The position numbers were made by a program, and so were the translations under genes. Source: Nitrospinaceae bacterium (GTDB taxonomy: Bacteria > Nitrospinota > Nitrospinia > Nitrospinales > Nitrospinaceae). From it: 64,000 nt of DNA. Within the stretch, counting starts at the first letter, position 1. Each line of letters opens with the position of its first letter. Below the pieces are notes generated by a model. The model made no database searches. It saw nothing but the letters and a program-made list of their open reading frames with translations, and had not been told where the DNA came from. This document shows positions 20,333 to 31,775 of this stretch, piece after piece. Location of the stretch: assembly GCA_965223665.1 (NCBI GenBank), contig OZ245011.1, forward strand, positions 3,936,001-4,000,000. The letters run 5' to 3'.

Positions 20333-20380
20333 GGTGAACTAATTAATAGTGTTAATTTATAAATTATAAGGAAGCAAGTT

Positions 20381-21967
20381 ATGAAAATCTTTTATGACAT
20401 TCATGTGAATTTTATCACCTTGATCATTGCAATGGGAGTGACCTTGGTGATTGGATATATTGTGGGTTATTACTTAAGAAAAATATTTGCTGAGCTACAG
20501 ATTAAGGAAGCGGAGGCGTTAGGTAAAAAAATTGTCTCTGAGGCCGAAAAAGAAGCAGAGACCAAAATAAAGTCAGCTGAAATAGAAATTAAAGAGAAAA
20601 AAATTGCTTTGACAGGGCAAATTGAGAATGAAATGGAAGCTAAACGGAAAGAACTTAGGGAAAATGAAAAAAGTTTCCATCAAAAAGAACAAAACCTCAA
20701 TAAAATGTTGGAACAAAATCGAGAAGCCGATAGAAAAATGCAAGATCGGCAAAAAGAGATTGATCAAATCCAAAATGACTTAAAGGCAAAAAAAGAAAAG
20801 TTTGATCAACTTATTGATGAAGAGATAAAAAAATTAGAAATTATTTCTTCATATTCTGCAGAAGAAGCCAGGGAAGAAATAAAAAACCAAGTATTAGATT
20901 CGGCAAGACTAGAAGCAGCAAAAGAAGTAAAAAAACTTGAGGAGAAAGCAAAAAATAATGCTGAAGGGGAGGCTCGAAAAATCATTTCAATGGCGGTTCA
21001 ACGCTTGGCTTCAGATCATGTTGCCGAAACTACCGTTTCGGTAGTTGAACTGCCGAACGACGACATTAAGGGAAGAATTATTGGGAGAGAAGGAAGAAAT
21101 ATACGCGCTTTAGAACAGTGTACAGGGATCGATTTGATTATTGATGATACCCCAGGAGCTGTAGTGCTTTCCGGATTTGATCCTATCCGTAGAGAAGTGG
21201 CTCGACGGGCATTGGAAAAGTTGACACTAGATGGTCGTATACATCCTGGTCGTATTGAAGAAGTAGTTAACAAATGTAAAAAAGAAGTTAATGTTGGAAT
21301 AAAAGAAGCAGGGGAACAAGCCGTAATGGACTTGGGAATTGACGGGGTACATCCAGACATGGTTAAGCTTTTGGGCCGATTAAAGTATCGGACCAGTTAC
21401 ACTCAGAATGTGTTAGAGCATGTTAAAGAGGTGGCCTGGGTTTGTGGAACCATGGCAGCTGAATTAGGATTGGATGTGGACATGGCAAAAAGAGCCGGAC
21501 TTTTACATGATATTGGGAAAGCTATTGACCGTCATACTGATGGAACACATACGCAGTTGGGGGTTGATATTGCCACAAGGTATAATGAACATAAATGTGT
21601 GGTAAACGCAATTGCAGCTCATCACGAAGATGTGGAACCAGAATCCTTATATGCAGTATTGGTAGCGGCGGGTGATACTATCTCTGCGTCCAGACCCGGC
21701 GCACGTCGAGAAATGTTAGAAACCTACGTCAAACGAATGAGTCAATTAGAAGAAATTGGTGATTCATTCAAAGGCGTTGAAAAAACCTATGCAATTCAAG
21801 CTGGAAGAGAAGTGCGTATTATAGTAGTACCTGATGGTATTAACGATGATGGAGCTGGTTTGCTAGCAAAAGATGTCGCGAAGCGTATTGAAAAAGAGGT
21901 TACATATCCGGGAGAAATTAAGATCACTGTGGTTAGGGAATCTCGGTTTACTCAGTTTGCCCGCTGA
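20381..21967 (+). CDS. rny: ribonuclease Y
   Basis: N-terminal TM, coiled coil, KH domain (KGRIIGREGRNIR), HD domain (LLHDIGK). Confidence 0.97.
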   Translation: MKIFYDIHVNFITLIIAMGVTLVIGYIVGYYLRKIFAELQIKEAEALGKKIVSEAEKEAETKIKSAEIEIKEKKIALTGQIENEMEAKRKELRENEKSFHQKEQNLNKMLEQNREADRKMQDRQKEIDQIQNDLKAKKEKFDQLIDEEIKKLEIISSYSAEEAREEIKNQVLDSARLEAAKEVKKLEEKAKNNAEGEARKIISMAVQRLASDHVAETTVSVVELPNDDIKGRIIGREGRNIRALEQCTGIDLIIDDTPGAVVLSGFDPIRREVARRALEKLTLDGRIHPGRIEEVVNKCKKEVNVGIKEAGEQAVMDLGIDGVHPDMVKLLGRLKYRTSYTQNVLEHVKEVAWVCGTMAAELGLDVDMAKRAGLLHDIGKAIDRHTDGTHTQLGVDIATRYNEHKCVVNAIAAHHEDVEPESLYAVLVAAGDTISASRPGARREMLETYVKRMSQLEEIGDSFKGVEKTYAIQAGREVRIIVVPDGINDDGAGLLAKDVAKRIEKEVTYPGEIKITVVRESRFTQFAR

Positions 21968-22148
21968 AGATTTTCCCGTTTAGTTTTGATATATTTTTTG
22001 AATGTAAATTGCATCAATCCATCCACTTGATAAAATTCTTCAATTGCATTAACCTTCCTGGTTTTTAGGATTTGAAATATTGATTTGGAATAAATTCTAT
22101 AGAACTATTTGATGGCAAACCATAATTAACCCAACTGAAAAGAATTAC

Positions 22149-23654
22149 ATGGAAGAAACAAGCGAATTAATTAAGCTGAGACGAGAAAAAGTTGAAGAAT
22201 TTAGAAACCAGGGAGTAAATCCTTATATTAATAGGTTTAAAGGCACAACTTTTATTCGAAAAATCTTGGAGTCTCATTCGGAGAAAACTCGAGAGGAATT
22301 GGAAAGTTTAAACCAAGAGTTTGTGGTAGCAGGACGAATAATGACACGCCGTAAACATGGTAAAACCATTTTTTCTCACATAAAAGATGGCACAGGGCAG
22401 ATTCAAATTTATATTAAAAAAGATGAAATTGGAGAAGAAACTTTTGCCTGGATGTCAAAAGTAGATATTGGAGACTTCATCGGGGTTGAGGGAAGGGTCT
22501 CAAAAACCAAAACCGGAGAACTAACCATATTTGCCAAAAAAGTGACTCTTTTGACAAAATCCTTATTGCCGTTGCCCGAAAAATGGCATGGATTAAAAGA
22601 TATTGAATTGCGGTATCGTCAACGGTATGTAGATCTCATCGTAAACCCCGAAGTAAAAAATATTTTTGTAGTAAGAAGCAAAATTATTCAAGCCATACGT
22701 GATTTTTTAAATGAACGGGAATACCTCGAGGTGGAAACACCTATGATGCAGCCCATTCCTGGTGGTGCTACTGCAAGGCCTTTTCAGACCCATCACAATG
22801 CTTTAGATATGGATTTGTATCTTCGGGTTGCGCCTGAGCTTTATCTAAAGAAGTTGGTAGTCGGGGGTATTGAGCGGGTTTACGAAATAAATAGGAACTT
22901 TCGAAATGAAGGTATTTCTACAGAGCATAATCCCGAATTTACCATGCTGGAGTTTTATACTGCTTACGCAGACTATAAAGACCTCATGGTTTTAACCGAG
23001 GAGTTATTTCGTTTTATTGGAAAAAAAGTCTTTAATACTTTGACCTTCCCCTGCACCTTTGAAGAGGCTGGGCAAGAGAAGGAGGTCTCTTTCGATTTAT
23101 CGCAACCCTTTCGTGTATGTCCCTTTAAGCAGTCGTTAATCGAAATTGGAAATGTTCCCGAGGGAGCTTTGCACGATATAAAAAGCGCAACAAAGTTTTC
23201 ACTAGAAAATAAAGTTCCTCTTGAAAAGAAAGATACATTTGGAAAAGTTTTAGGTAAGTTATTCGATCATTTTGTGGAGCCATTGCTTGTTGAACCTACA
23301 TTTATAATTGATTATCCCTTGGAACTATCTCCATTATCTAAAAGAAAAGAGGATGATCCAGATTTAGTTGAGCGGTTTGAATTGTTTGTCGGTCGCCGCG
23401 AATTAGCAAATGCATATACTGAATTGAATGATCCAGTCGATCAAAAAGAACGTTTTGATCATCAGGTGGAGCAGAAAGCAGCAGGCGATGATGAAGCGCA
23501 TTGGATGGATCACGACTTTATTCGAGCCTTAGAGTATGGATTGCCTCCCACAGCGGGAGAAGGAATTGGCATAGATCGTCTGGTCATGCTTTTTACTAAT
23601 GCTCAATCAATCAGGGATGTTATTCTATTTCCACAATTAAAAAAGGAAACTTAA
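22149..23654 (+). CDS. lysS: lysine--tRNA ligase (class II)
   Basis: [37 protein letters not shown]. Confidence 0.97.
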   Translation: MEETSELIKLRREKVEEFRNQGVNPYINRFKGTTFIRKILESHSEKTREELESLNQEFVVAGRIMTRRKHGKTIFSHIKDGTGQIQIYIKKDEIGEETFAWMSKVDIGDFIGVEGRVSKTKTGELTIFAKKVTLLTKSLLPLPEKWHGLKDIELRYRQRYVDLIVNPEVKNIFVVRSKIIQAIRDFLNEREYLEVETPMMQPIPGGATARPFQTHHNALDMDLYLRVAPELYLKKLVVGGIERVYEINRNFRNEGISTEHNPEFTMLEFYTAYADYKDLMVLTEELFRFIGKKVFNTLTFPCTFEEAGQEKEVSFDLSQPFRVCPFKQSLIEIGNVPEGALHDIKSATKFSLENKVPLEKKDTFGKVLGKLFDHFVEPLLVEPTFIIDYPLELSPLSKRKEDDPDLVERFELFVGRRELANAYTELNDPVDQKERFDHQVEQKAAGDDEAHWMDHDFIRALEYGLPPTAGEGIGIDRLVMLFTNAQSIRDVILFPQLKKET

Positions 23655-23708
23655 TCCGTTCCCTTTTGTCTTCAAAAAATCTAAAAATTCTTTTAAAGGA
23701 TGGTAGCC

Positions 23709-24986
23709 ATGGGTTATGAGCTTTTAATAAGCTGGCGTCATCTTTGTTCCCGAAAATCGCAAAAGTTTATTTCTCTGATAACCTTCATATCCATTGGAGG
23801 AGTTGCACTTGGAGTTATGGCATTAATTGTCGTTATTGCAGTAATGACAGGATTTGGAAAGGATTTGAGGGATAAAATATTAGGAACGAATAGCCATATT
23901 GTCATTACCAATATTACCCGAAGCGGCCTTTCGGCTTATGAAGACCTTATCAAAGAAATTAAATCAGAAGACTTAGTAAAAGATGCCGCTCCCTTCATAT
24001 TAAAACAGGTCATGTTGACTTTAGGAGAAAGGACATCCGGGGTTGTCGTACGAGGTGTAGATCCTTTGCGAGAAGGAAATATTTCGGATCTTCAGAAAAA
24101 TATGATTGAGGGGAGCTTGAGTAATTTAGTTGGGAAAGAGAAAGGTTCAGACAACAAAAATATTATTCATCGGCAAGGAATAATATTGGGGAATGAATTA
24201 TCTCGTCGATTAGGTGCATTTGTGGGTGATGTAATAGGCATGGTATCCCCCTCTGTGAAGATGACTCCGATAGGGATTATTCCAAACATTAAAATGGTGG
24301 AAGTGGTGGGAGTATTTGAATCGGGTATGTATGAATATGATTCGAACCTGGCTTTCATATCAATTCAGTCTGCGCAAAAACTTTTTGGCCTCTCCGGTAA
24401 GGTAACGGGAATTGAAATTAAAGTTGAAGATATTGATAGAGCGGGAGAGGTGGCTAGTAATATTCAAAAAAAGTTGGGTTACCCCTATTTGGCCCGTGAT
24501 TGGATGCAAATGAATAAAAATTTATTTTCTGCTCTTAAGTTAGAAAAAATAGTTATGTTCATTATCCTAATTTTAATAATTCTTGTGGCGGCTTTTAATA
24601 TCATTAGTACTTTGTTTATGGTTGTAATGGATAAAACCAAGGATATCGCTATTTTAAAATCGATGGGGGCCACTAAAGCGAGTATTTTAAAAATATTTAG
24701 CTTACAAGGGCTGATAATTGGAGTTACAGGAACTTTGGTCGGTGTGATTTTCGGGTTTACAATTGTTCCTAATCTTAACGAAATAGTTGGTTTTATTGAA
24801 ACATTATTTGGTATTAAAGCTTTTCCCAGTGATGTTTATTATTTAGATAAACTTCCCTCAGAAATTCAATATTTTGATTCGTTTCTGATTATTGTTTTTT
24901 CGATTGCCATATGTTTTGCCGCTTCTCTTTATCCAGCTTGGAGAGCTTCTAAACTAGACCCTGTGGACGGATTGCGATATGAGTGA
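23709..24986 (+). CDS. lolE: lipoprotein-releasing ABC transporter permease (LolC/E family)
   Basis: VMTGF, LEKIVM, IAILKSMGA, YPAWRASKLDP; followed by lolD. ATG 23709 follows AAGGA (alternative 23700). Confidence 0.9.
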   Translation: MGYELLISWRHLCSRKSQKFISLITFISIGGVALGVMALIVVIAVMTGFGKDLRDKILGTNSHIVITNITRSGLSAYEDLIKEIKSEDLVKDAAPFILKQVMLTLGERTSGVVVRGVDPLREGNISDLQKNMIEGSLSNLVGKEKGSDNKNIIHRQGIILGNELSRRLGAFVGDVIGMVSPSVKMTPIGIIPNIKMVEVVGVFESGMYEYDSNLAFISIQSAQKLFGLSGKVTGIEIKVEDIDRAGEVASNIQKKLGYPYLARDWMQMNKNLFSALKLEKIVMFIILILIILVAAFNIISTLFMVVMDKTKDIAILKSMGATKASILKIFSLQGLIIGVTGTLVGVIFGFTIVPNLNEIVGFIETLFGIKAFPSDVYYLDKLPSEIQYFDSFLIIVFSIAICFAASLYPAWRASKLDPVDGLRYE

Positions 24987-25692
24987 TTCCCCGAATAAAA
25001 GCGTATTGTTAGAGGCGGTTGATATTAGTAAATCCTATAGGACAAAAATTAAATCTGTCCAAGTTCTAAAAAATGCTAATTTAGTAGTCCATTCCGGTGA
25101 GATTTTAGGAATTGTGGGTGCTTCCGGGGTTGGAAAAAGTACTTTACTCCATATATTGGGAGGATTAGATCAGCCTGATTCAGGTAGTGTATTGTTTAAA
25201 GAACAAAATATTTATTCAGGAAGAAAGGAAAGCTTAGAAAGATTTCGCAACCAGAAAATTGGTTTTGTTTTTCAATTGTTTAATTTGCTTCCTGATTTTA
25301 CGGCTTTAGAAAATGCAATGTTCCCAGCTCTGATAGCAAAAAAAGATAAAAATGTTGCAAAAGAAAGGGCAGAATCATTATTGTGTGAAATTGGATTAAA
25401 AGATAGATTGAACCATAAGCCTGGTGAGTTATCTGGGGGTGAGGTTCAAAGAGTAGCATTAGCTAGAAGCCTGGTGAATCAACCTGAAATGTTATTAGCT
25501 GACGAACCCACAGGAAACTTGGATTCAAAATCAGGCGATGTCTTTATGAGTTTAATTCGAAAATTAAATGAAAAATTTAATCAAACATTTGTCATTGTCA
25601 CTCACAGCCAAAAGATAGCAAGTAGTTTAGATAGGATTTTGCAATTGGTTGATGGGCAGGTGAGTGCTATTGACAAGGATTTGATTTTATAA
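24979..25692 (+). CDS. lolD: lipoprotein-releasing ABC transporter ATPase
   Basis: GASGVGKST, GFVFQ, LSGGE, ADEPTGNLD. Confidence 0.9.
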   Translation: MSDSPNKSVLLEAVDISKSYRTKIKSVQVLKNANLVVHSGEILGIVGASGVGKSTLLHILGGLDQPDSGSVLFKEQNIYSGRKESLERFRNQKIGFVFQLFNLLPDFTALENAMFPALIAKKDKNVAKERAESLLCEIGLKDRLNHKPGELSGGEVQRVALARSLVNQPEMLLADEPTGNLDSKSGDVFMSLIRKLNEKFNQTFVIVTHSQKIASSLDRILQLVDGQVSAIDKDLIL

Positions 25693-25715
25693 ATTTTTTG
25701 ATGGGGAAGGGGTCA

Positions 25716-26732
25716 ATGAAACTTAAAGAAATTGCAGAACTTGTTGGAGGAACAATCCAGGGTGACGATTCCATAGAAATTAGAGATGCTTGCGGTATGG
25801 AGCAAGCCAAGGAAGGAGATATTACTTTTCTTAAAGATAAAAAGTTATTATCTAAACTGGAATCTTGTAAGGCATCCGCTGTCATAGTTCCTAAGGCCTT
25901 AGAAATTCCAATGGTCCAAGTTATTCATCCTAACCCCGCCCTGGCTTTTGCAAATATTTTAATGAAATTTCACCCGGATTCTCGACCTGAATCTGGAATA
26001 TCCCCGCAAGCTTTTGTTGATGACTCTGCAGTAATTGGAAAAGATGTGACAATTTCTCCGTTTGTTAGTATTGGAAAAAATGTAGTTGTTGGGGATAACA
26101 CTGTTCTTTTTCCGGGAGCTGTAATTTATGAAAATTGCAAAATCGGAGATCATTGTACGATTCATGCAAATGTTACATTATACAAAGAGACTAAATTAGG
26201 GAACCATGTTGTATTGCATTCAGGAGCTGTCATTGGTGCAGATGGATTTGGATACACTCCCGATCAACACGGGCGCCATTTTAAAATTCAACAGATAGGT
26301 AATGTCATTATTGAAGACTATGTTGAAATCGGAGCAAATACTTGTATAGACAGAGCCACCTTTGGAGAAACGGTTATTCGACAGGGTACCAAAATTGATA
26401 ATTTGGTCCAAGTGGCCCATAACTGTGACATTGGTGCTCACTCTATTTTGGTGTCTCAGGTGGGAATGTCGGGGAGTTGTAAATTAGGCCATCATGTTAT
26501 TTTAGCAGGACAAGTCGGTTTAGCAGACCATGTGACCTTGGCAGATCAAGTTGTTGTCGGAGCACAATCAGGAGTTCCAAGCGATATCCCCAAACCTGGG
26601 TTCTATGGTGGATCCCCTGCTGTGGAGGGTATGCGATGGAAAAAATCAGTGATGCTGATTTCCAAACTGCCTGATATTACTAAGCAAATTCGAGATTTGG
26701 AAAAGAGGCTAAGTGCCATTGAAAACGAGTGA
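25716..26732 (+). CDS. lpxD: UDP-3-O-(3-hydroxyacyl)glucosamine N-acyltransferase
   Basis: Hexapeptide repeats; GADGFGY, IDRA, KIDNLVQVAHN. Confidence 0.96.
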   Translation: MKLKEIAELVGGTIQGDDSIEIRDACGMEQAKEGDITFLKDKKLLSKLESCKASAVIVPKALEIPMVQVIHPNPALAFANILMKFHPDSRPESGISPQAFVDDSAVIGKDVTISPFVSIGKNVVVGDNTVLFPGAVIYENCKIGDHCTIHANVTLYKETKLGNHVVLHSGAVIGADGFGYTPDQHGRHFKIQQIGNVIIEDYVEIGANTCIDRATFGETVIRQGTKIDNLVQVAHNCDIGAHSILVSQVGMSGSCKLGHHVILAGQVGLADHVTLADQVVVGAQSGVPSDIPKPGFYGGSPAVEGMRWKKSVMLISKLPDITKQIRDLEKRLSAIENE

Positions 26733-26790
26733 ATTGGCCTGATACAATAAAAATACCAAAAGTATTCTTGTTTAGTTATTTAAGGAAATA

Positions 26791-27861
26791 ATGGGTATGA
26801 ATAATCGATACATTGTATTGGGTTTTATTTGTTTATTTTCGATTTTCATTTTTGCGGCAAAGGGACCTCTTTCAACAGAAAAGTTAAGCAAATATATCGA
26901 AAAAAAGTTACAAAGAAATAGTAAGACTTTAAGACTAAATGAAAAATGGATCGGGGACAAAGGAGCAGAGTATTTAGCCAACTCTCCTTTAATGAAAAAT
27001 GTTATCACATTAAAAATATATAAAGGGAATGTTGGGGATGCCGGGATTCGGGCGCTTGCAGAGTCTAGAAATTTTGAAAACTTAAAAGCACTCTATATTG
27101 AAACTAATTTGGTGACCGACCAAGGAGCAAGGTATCTGGCTGCATCCAAAGCTTTTACTCAATTAGAGGTTTTAAATTTATTCAACAACCAGATTGGAGA
27201 TGATGGAGCTGAAGCTTTGGCAAGTTCTCCAAACTTTAACCAATTAAAGGAATTAAATTTAAATTATAATCAAGTTGGCGATCAAGGTGCCATTGCATTA
27301 GTTTCTTCTGATAAACTTAAACAACTTTCTGTGTTAAATTTATCTTATAATAAATTAGGGAAATCTGGTGGAAAGGCCTTACAAAACTTTAAGTTTCAAC
27401 AAAAAATAAAAAGATGGAACCAGGCAGGCAAGCTACCCAACTTAGAGAAAAATTATATTGGTGACTTTGGAGTTTTTGTTTTATTAAATTCTCCTTATAT
27501 TTCAGAGTTAAAAAATTTAAATTTAAACTATAATAATTTAACAGATGAAGCAGTTCTTGCTTTAGCGAGCTCGCCCGATCTCAAAAACCTGGAATCTTTA
27601 AGTTTGGCTGGTAACCAAATTACAGATAGGGGCGCCAAGGCAATAGCGAACTCTAAAACTCTGATGAATTTGAAGCACTTAAATTTGAACTTTAATAAAA
27701 TTGGAAATGGCGGTGCTTATGACTTTGCTAAGTCAGAATCCATGGCCAATCTCGAATCTTTACGATTGGGGCAAAATCAAATTGGTTTTGAGGGAGCGCA
27801 AGCATTAGCTGAATCTAAAAAGCTTAAAAATTTGGTCTTTCCTATTTTCGGTTTTTACTAA
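26791..27861 (+). CDS. exported/membrane-anchored leucine-rich repeat protein (27-aa RI-like repeats)
   Basis: N-terminal hydrophobic segment; repeats such as LEVLNLFNNQIGDDGAEALASSPNFNQ. Confidence 0.88.
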   Translation: MGMNNRYIVLGFICLFSIFIFAAKGPLSTEKLSKYIEKKLQRNSKTLRLNEKWIGDKGAEYLANSPLMKNVITLKIYKGNVGDAGIRALAESRNFENLKALYIETNLVTDQGARYLAASKAFTQLEVLNLFNNQIGDDGAEALASSPNFNQLKELNLNYNQVGDQGAIALVSSDKLKQLSVLNLSYNKLGKSGGKALQNFKFQQKIKRWNQAGKLPNLEKNYIGDFGVFVLLNSPYISELKNLNLNYNNLTDEAVLALASSPDLKNLESLSLAGNQITDRGAKAIANSKTLMNLKHLNLNFNKIGNGGAYDFAKSESMANLESLRLGQNQIGFEGAQALAESKKLKNLVFPIFGFY

Positions 27862-27912
27862 TTTGCAAATTGAAAGATCTCATAAGATCTTCAATCACCT
27901 ATTCCATAAAAA

Positions 27913-28881
27913 ATGATTCAAATATTAGATTTTGAGCGGGAAATTTTTGCAGTTGAAAATCAAATCCGTGAGTTACGATCCTTATCTCATATGTATGACA
28001 GTGTCGGGGATTTGACTCATGAGATTGCGAAACTTAAAAAAAAGCTACGCCATTTAAAAAAGGATACCTTTAATAATTTAGATGGATGGCAAAAAACACA
28101 AGTGGCTCGACACCCAGCACGGCCTTATACATTAGATTATATAAATTATATTTTTTCCAATTTTAATGAACTTCATGGAGACCGCCATGGTGGTTATGGA
28201 GGATCTGTAGTAGGAGGATTTGCTAAATTTGGGGATCAAACCGTGATGGTGATTGGTCATCAAAAAGGTAGAGATGCTAAAGAAAAGTTGGCCCGAAACT
28301 TTGGAATGTCTCAGCCGGCGGGTTATCGAAAAGCTTTGAGATTGATGAAGCTGGCGGAAAAGTTTGAAGTTCCGATTGTCACAATGATAGATACTCCTGG
28401 TGCTTATCCCGGTGTTGATGCTGAAGAAAAAGGACAGTCTGAGGCAATTGCTTATAATTTATTTTGTATGGCGGGTATAAAAGTTCCCATTATTTCTATT
28501 GTTATAGGTGAAGGAGGGAGCGGTGGAGCCCTTGCAATAGGGCTTGGAAATAAGGTTTTGATGCTTGAGCATTCTGTTTATTCGGTGATTTCTCCCGAGG
28601 GTTGTGCTTCAATCCTTTGGGGAGATAAAGAAAAAGTTAAACAAGCAGCAAGCGCACTTTGTTTGACTGCGCAAGATTTGGAACGATTAAAAGTAATCGA
28701 TCAAATTGTTTTAGAACCATTAGGGGGAGCCCATCGAAATCCAAATTGGGCGGCAATTTTATTGAAAAAAGCCATTCGGGCTAACTTGCGTGAACTTTCC
28801 AGCTTATCCGCAGACCAATTAGTTAGTCAACGGCAAGAAAGGTTTCGTAAATTAGGGGAATTCGTTTCCGAAAATGAATAA
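27913..28881 (+). CDS. accA: acetyl-CoA carboxylase carboxyltransferase alpha subunit
   Basis: ARHPARP, ELHGDR, GYRKALRLM, IDTPGAYPG, GEGGSGGA, SVISPEGCASIL. Confidence 0.97.
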   Translation: MIQILDFEREIFAVENQIRELRSLSHMYDSVGDLTHEIAKLKKKLRHLKKDTFNNLDGWQKTQVARHPARPYTLDYINYIFSNFNELHGDRHGGYGGSVVGGFAKFGDQTVMVIGHQKGRDAKEKLARNFGMSQPAGYRKALRLMKLAEKFEVPIVTMIDTPGAYPGVDAEEKGQSEAIAYNLFCMAGIKVPIISIVIGEGGSGGALAIGLGNKVLMLEHSVYSVISPEGCASILWGDKEKVKQAASALCLTAQDLERLKVIDQIVLEPLGGAHRNPNWAAILLKKAIRANLRELSSLSADQLVSQRQERFRKLGEFVSENE

Positions 28882-28893
28882 GCTTAATTAAAA

Positions 28894-30618
28894 TTATAAA
28901 TGAAGTTGCGACCGAAATAGAGAGGCATAAACACTGTTTTCTTTAACTAAGCTTTCATGAGTTCCCATTTCGATTAATTCTCCCTCACGAAGAACCAAGA
29001 CTCTGTCTGCCCCTTCTAAAGTTGAAAGTCTATGCGCGATAATCAAGGTAGTTTTCCCGGACATTAATTTTAATAAGGCCTCTTTGATTTTCAATTCGGT
29101 AGCGGTGTCAACTGAAGCCGTCGCTTCATCTAGAATAAGAATAGGTGGATCTTTTAAAAATACTCGGGCAATAGCCAATCGATGCCTTTCTCCACCGGAA
29201 AGCTTTACGCCTCTTTCCCCAATCAAGGTTTCATAGCCGTTCGGAAGCTTTTCAATAAATTCAGCCGCATTGGCAGCCTCAGCCGCTTCCTTAATTTGAT
29301 CCTTAGAAGCACTTAAATTTCCATATAGAATATTCTCTTCTACAGTTCCGTTAAAAAGAAACGGTTCTTGTGATACTAATCCCAATTGTTCTCTAAGGTA
29401 GGATAAGCTCAGTTTTTCGAGAGGATAGTTGTCGATGGAAATTTCTCCTGTATTTGGGTCGTAGAATCTCATTAACAATTTGACAATGGTGGATTTCCCG
29501 CTTCCTGTATGACCCACTAAAGCTATTTTTTCTCCAGGGGCGATTTGAAAACTTATATTTTTTAAAACTTGCTTGGGTTTCACATAGGAAAACCCAACCT
29601 GGTTAAAAGTAATTTCTCCTTGCACGTTTGTTGAGGGTAGTAACGGGTCTGGATTTTCCTGAACGTTAGGTTTTGCATCAATGATTTCAAATAAACGATC
29701 ACAGGAAGCCAACGCATGTTGCAGCATATGGTTTAGGCTATGAAGTTGATTTATGGGTGTGTAAAATAAAGCGAGATAACCAATAAATGCTACCAATGTA
29801 CCGACCGTAATTTCTGTATTAGTTACTAAGCCTATACCATAAAGAATAATCAGAACGGTGCCTAATGATCCTAAGAACATCATTGTGGGTGAATAAATAG
29901 CCCACAGTTGCATTACTTTCAAAGTTCCTTTGCAATAAGCATCACTGCGCTCTTCGAATCGTTTAATTTCGTGAAGCTGTCTATTAAATGCAATAGTTTC
30001 CTTAATTCCGGAAATAGTGTCCTGTAAGGTACTATTCATTTTGGCCGCACGTTCTCGAACATTGTGGTAAAGGTCGTGTGCCCGATGGGTATATTTCCAA
30101 GCGCCAATAATTAAAAAAGGGATTGGAATAAGGGAAGCTAAAGCCAACTTCCAATGCAATGCCAGCAGAATAGCCATAATCCCCATCAAGGTTAAAACGG
30201 CAGTAACTAATTGCTCAATTCCATCAATAAAAATTCTTTCTACATAGGTGACATCATCATTAACTCGTGACATGATTTCCCCTGTAGAACGGTTTTCGAA
30301 ATAATTTATAGATAGTTTTTGTAGAGAACGGTACACATGAGAACGGATATCGAATACTACTTTTTGTTCGACTTGATTATTGACAACAATCCGTTTGTAA
30401 TTACAGAAATTTCTTCCTAAATAAGCGAGAACAAGTGCAAAAACCCCTCCATAAACCAGCCAATTAGATTGTGGATCAATCAATTCATCTATTATTATTT
30501 TTATCAACCAGGGTGGAACCAAATCTAACAAGGTGGTGAGTATTGCAAAGGTTAGGGTAAGGGCCACTTGATTTTTATACGGTTTGAGATAGGTTAAAAC
30601 TCTGATCAATGATTTCAT
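28894..30618 (-). CDS. ABC exporter, fused permease/ATPase half-transporter
   Basis: N-terminal TM domain, GHTGSGKST, LSGGE, ILDEATASVD. Confidence 0.93.
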   Translation of the reverse strand: MKSLIRVLTYLKPYKNQVALTLTFAILTTLLDLVPPWLIKIIIDELIDPQSNWLVYGGVFALVLAYLGRNFCNYKRIVVNNQVEQKVVFDIRSHVYRSLQKLSINYFENRSTGEIMSRVNDDVTYVERIFIDGIEQLVTAVLTLMGIMAILLALHWKLALASLIPIPFLIIGAWKYTHRAHDLYHNVRERAAKMNSTLQDTISGIKETIAFNRQLHEIKRFEERSDAYCKGTLKVMQLWAIYSPTMMFLGSLGTVLIILYGIGLVTNTEITVGTLVAFIGYLALFYTPINQLHSLNHMLQHALASCDRLFEIIDAKPNVQENPDPLLPSTNVQGEITFNQVGFSYVKPKQVLKNISFQIAPGEKIALVGHTGSGKSTIVKLLMRFYDPNTGEISIDNYPLEKLSLSYLREQLGLVSQEPFLFNGTVEENILYGNLSASKDQIKEAAEAANAAEFIEKLPNGYETLIGERGVKLSGGERHRLAIARVFLKDPPILILDEATASVDTATELKIKEALLKLMSGKTTLIIAHRLSTLEGADRVLVLREGELIEMGTHESLVKENSVYASLFRSQLHL

Positions 30619-30754
30619 TTTTGAAATGTTTAAGTTACTTGAACAGGAAATTATTATTCCGCTGACAGGTAAGAATAGAAGTGATAAGGTTTTAGTTTAT
30701 TTTAAATTTTTACATTTTGTATGACAACTTCATCCTAAAGGAAAATATAAAATA

Positions 30755-31705
30755 ATGGAATATAGAAAATTAGGCTCCAGTGATCTGGAGGTATCAGAGT
30801 TAGCTTATGGGGCTTGGGGAATTGGAGGGGCTCCATTTTGGAGTACTGAAGGAGACAGCAATTCTGAAAAATCAATTCTACGCGCCTATGATTTGGGAAT
30901 TAATTTTTATGATACAGCACCTGTATACGGGTTTGGTCATTCAGAAAGCTTGATTGGAAAAACGTTAAAACCCTTCCGCAACAAAGTTATCCTGGCTACA
31001 AAATGTGGTTTGGTTTGGGAAAAACCTGCAATTGGGAAAATTTCTAAAGTAGCTAAGCGGGACTCCATACTCAAAGAAATCGATGAAAGCCTTAGACGTT
31101 TACAAACCGATTATATTGATTTGTATCAAGTTCATTGGCCGGATGTGAACACAGCACAGGCAGAGACGATGGAAGCCTTGATGGAAATTCAGCGGCAAGG
31201 AAAAATCCGTCATATTGGGGTAAGTAATTATTCTGTTAAACAAATGCAGGACTGTTTAGACGTGGGTCCAATTGTATCGCTTCAACCGGAGTATAGTTTG
31301 TTACAAAGATCTATCGAAAAGGAAATAGTACCTTTTTGTTTAAAAAATAAAATAGGAATCATAGCTTATAGTCCATTAGCCTCAGGAGTATTGACTGGTA
31401 AATATGACAAAAATACTAAATTTAAAGATTGGCGGAGTAAAGGAATATTAGGGGAGTTTGTAGGTGAAGCTTTTCAACGCAATGTAGCAAAAGTAGAACA
31501 ACTTAAAGAGGAGGCTAAAAACCTGGGAAAAACTTGTGGGCAGACTGCATTGAATTGGGTCACTCATCAACCTGGAGTAGCCACGGCCTTAGTTGGAGTT
31601 AAGAATCCCAATCAGGTTGAGGAGAATTTAAATGCTTGTGGGTGGAGTATAAGTGAGTCAGCCTTGACTCGGATCAATAAATTATTTGAAAAAGTTGAAA
31701 ATTAA
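30755..31705 (+). CDS. aldo/keto reductase
   Basis: DTAPVYG, ATKCG, DLYQVHWPD, IGVSN, AYSPLASG. Confidence 0.94.
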   Translation: MEYRKLGSSDLEVSELAYGAWGIGGAPFWSTEGDSNSEKSILRAYDLGINFYDTAPVYGFGHSESLIGKTLKPFRNKVILATKCGLVWEKPAIGKISKVAKRDSILKEIDESLRRLQTDYIDLYQVHWPDVNTAQAETMEALMEIQRQGKIRHIGVSNYSVKQMQDCLDVGPIVSLQPEYSLLQRSIEKEIVPFCLKNKIGIIAYSPLASGVLTGKYDKNTKFKDWRSKGILGEFVGEAFQRNVAKVEQLKEEAKNLGKTCGQTALNWVTHQPGVATALVGVKNPNQVEENLNACGWSISESALTRINKLFEKVEN

Positions 31706-31775
31706 AAATTCCTGACATTGGAATACAGTTTTCCCAATTAGAAAAAATGGTAAATAACGGTTTTAGTCTTGATAG

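Noticed and set aside
21016-21360. Minus-strand 114-aa ORF
   Set aside because: Antisense shadow of rny.
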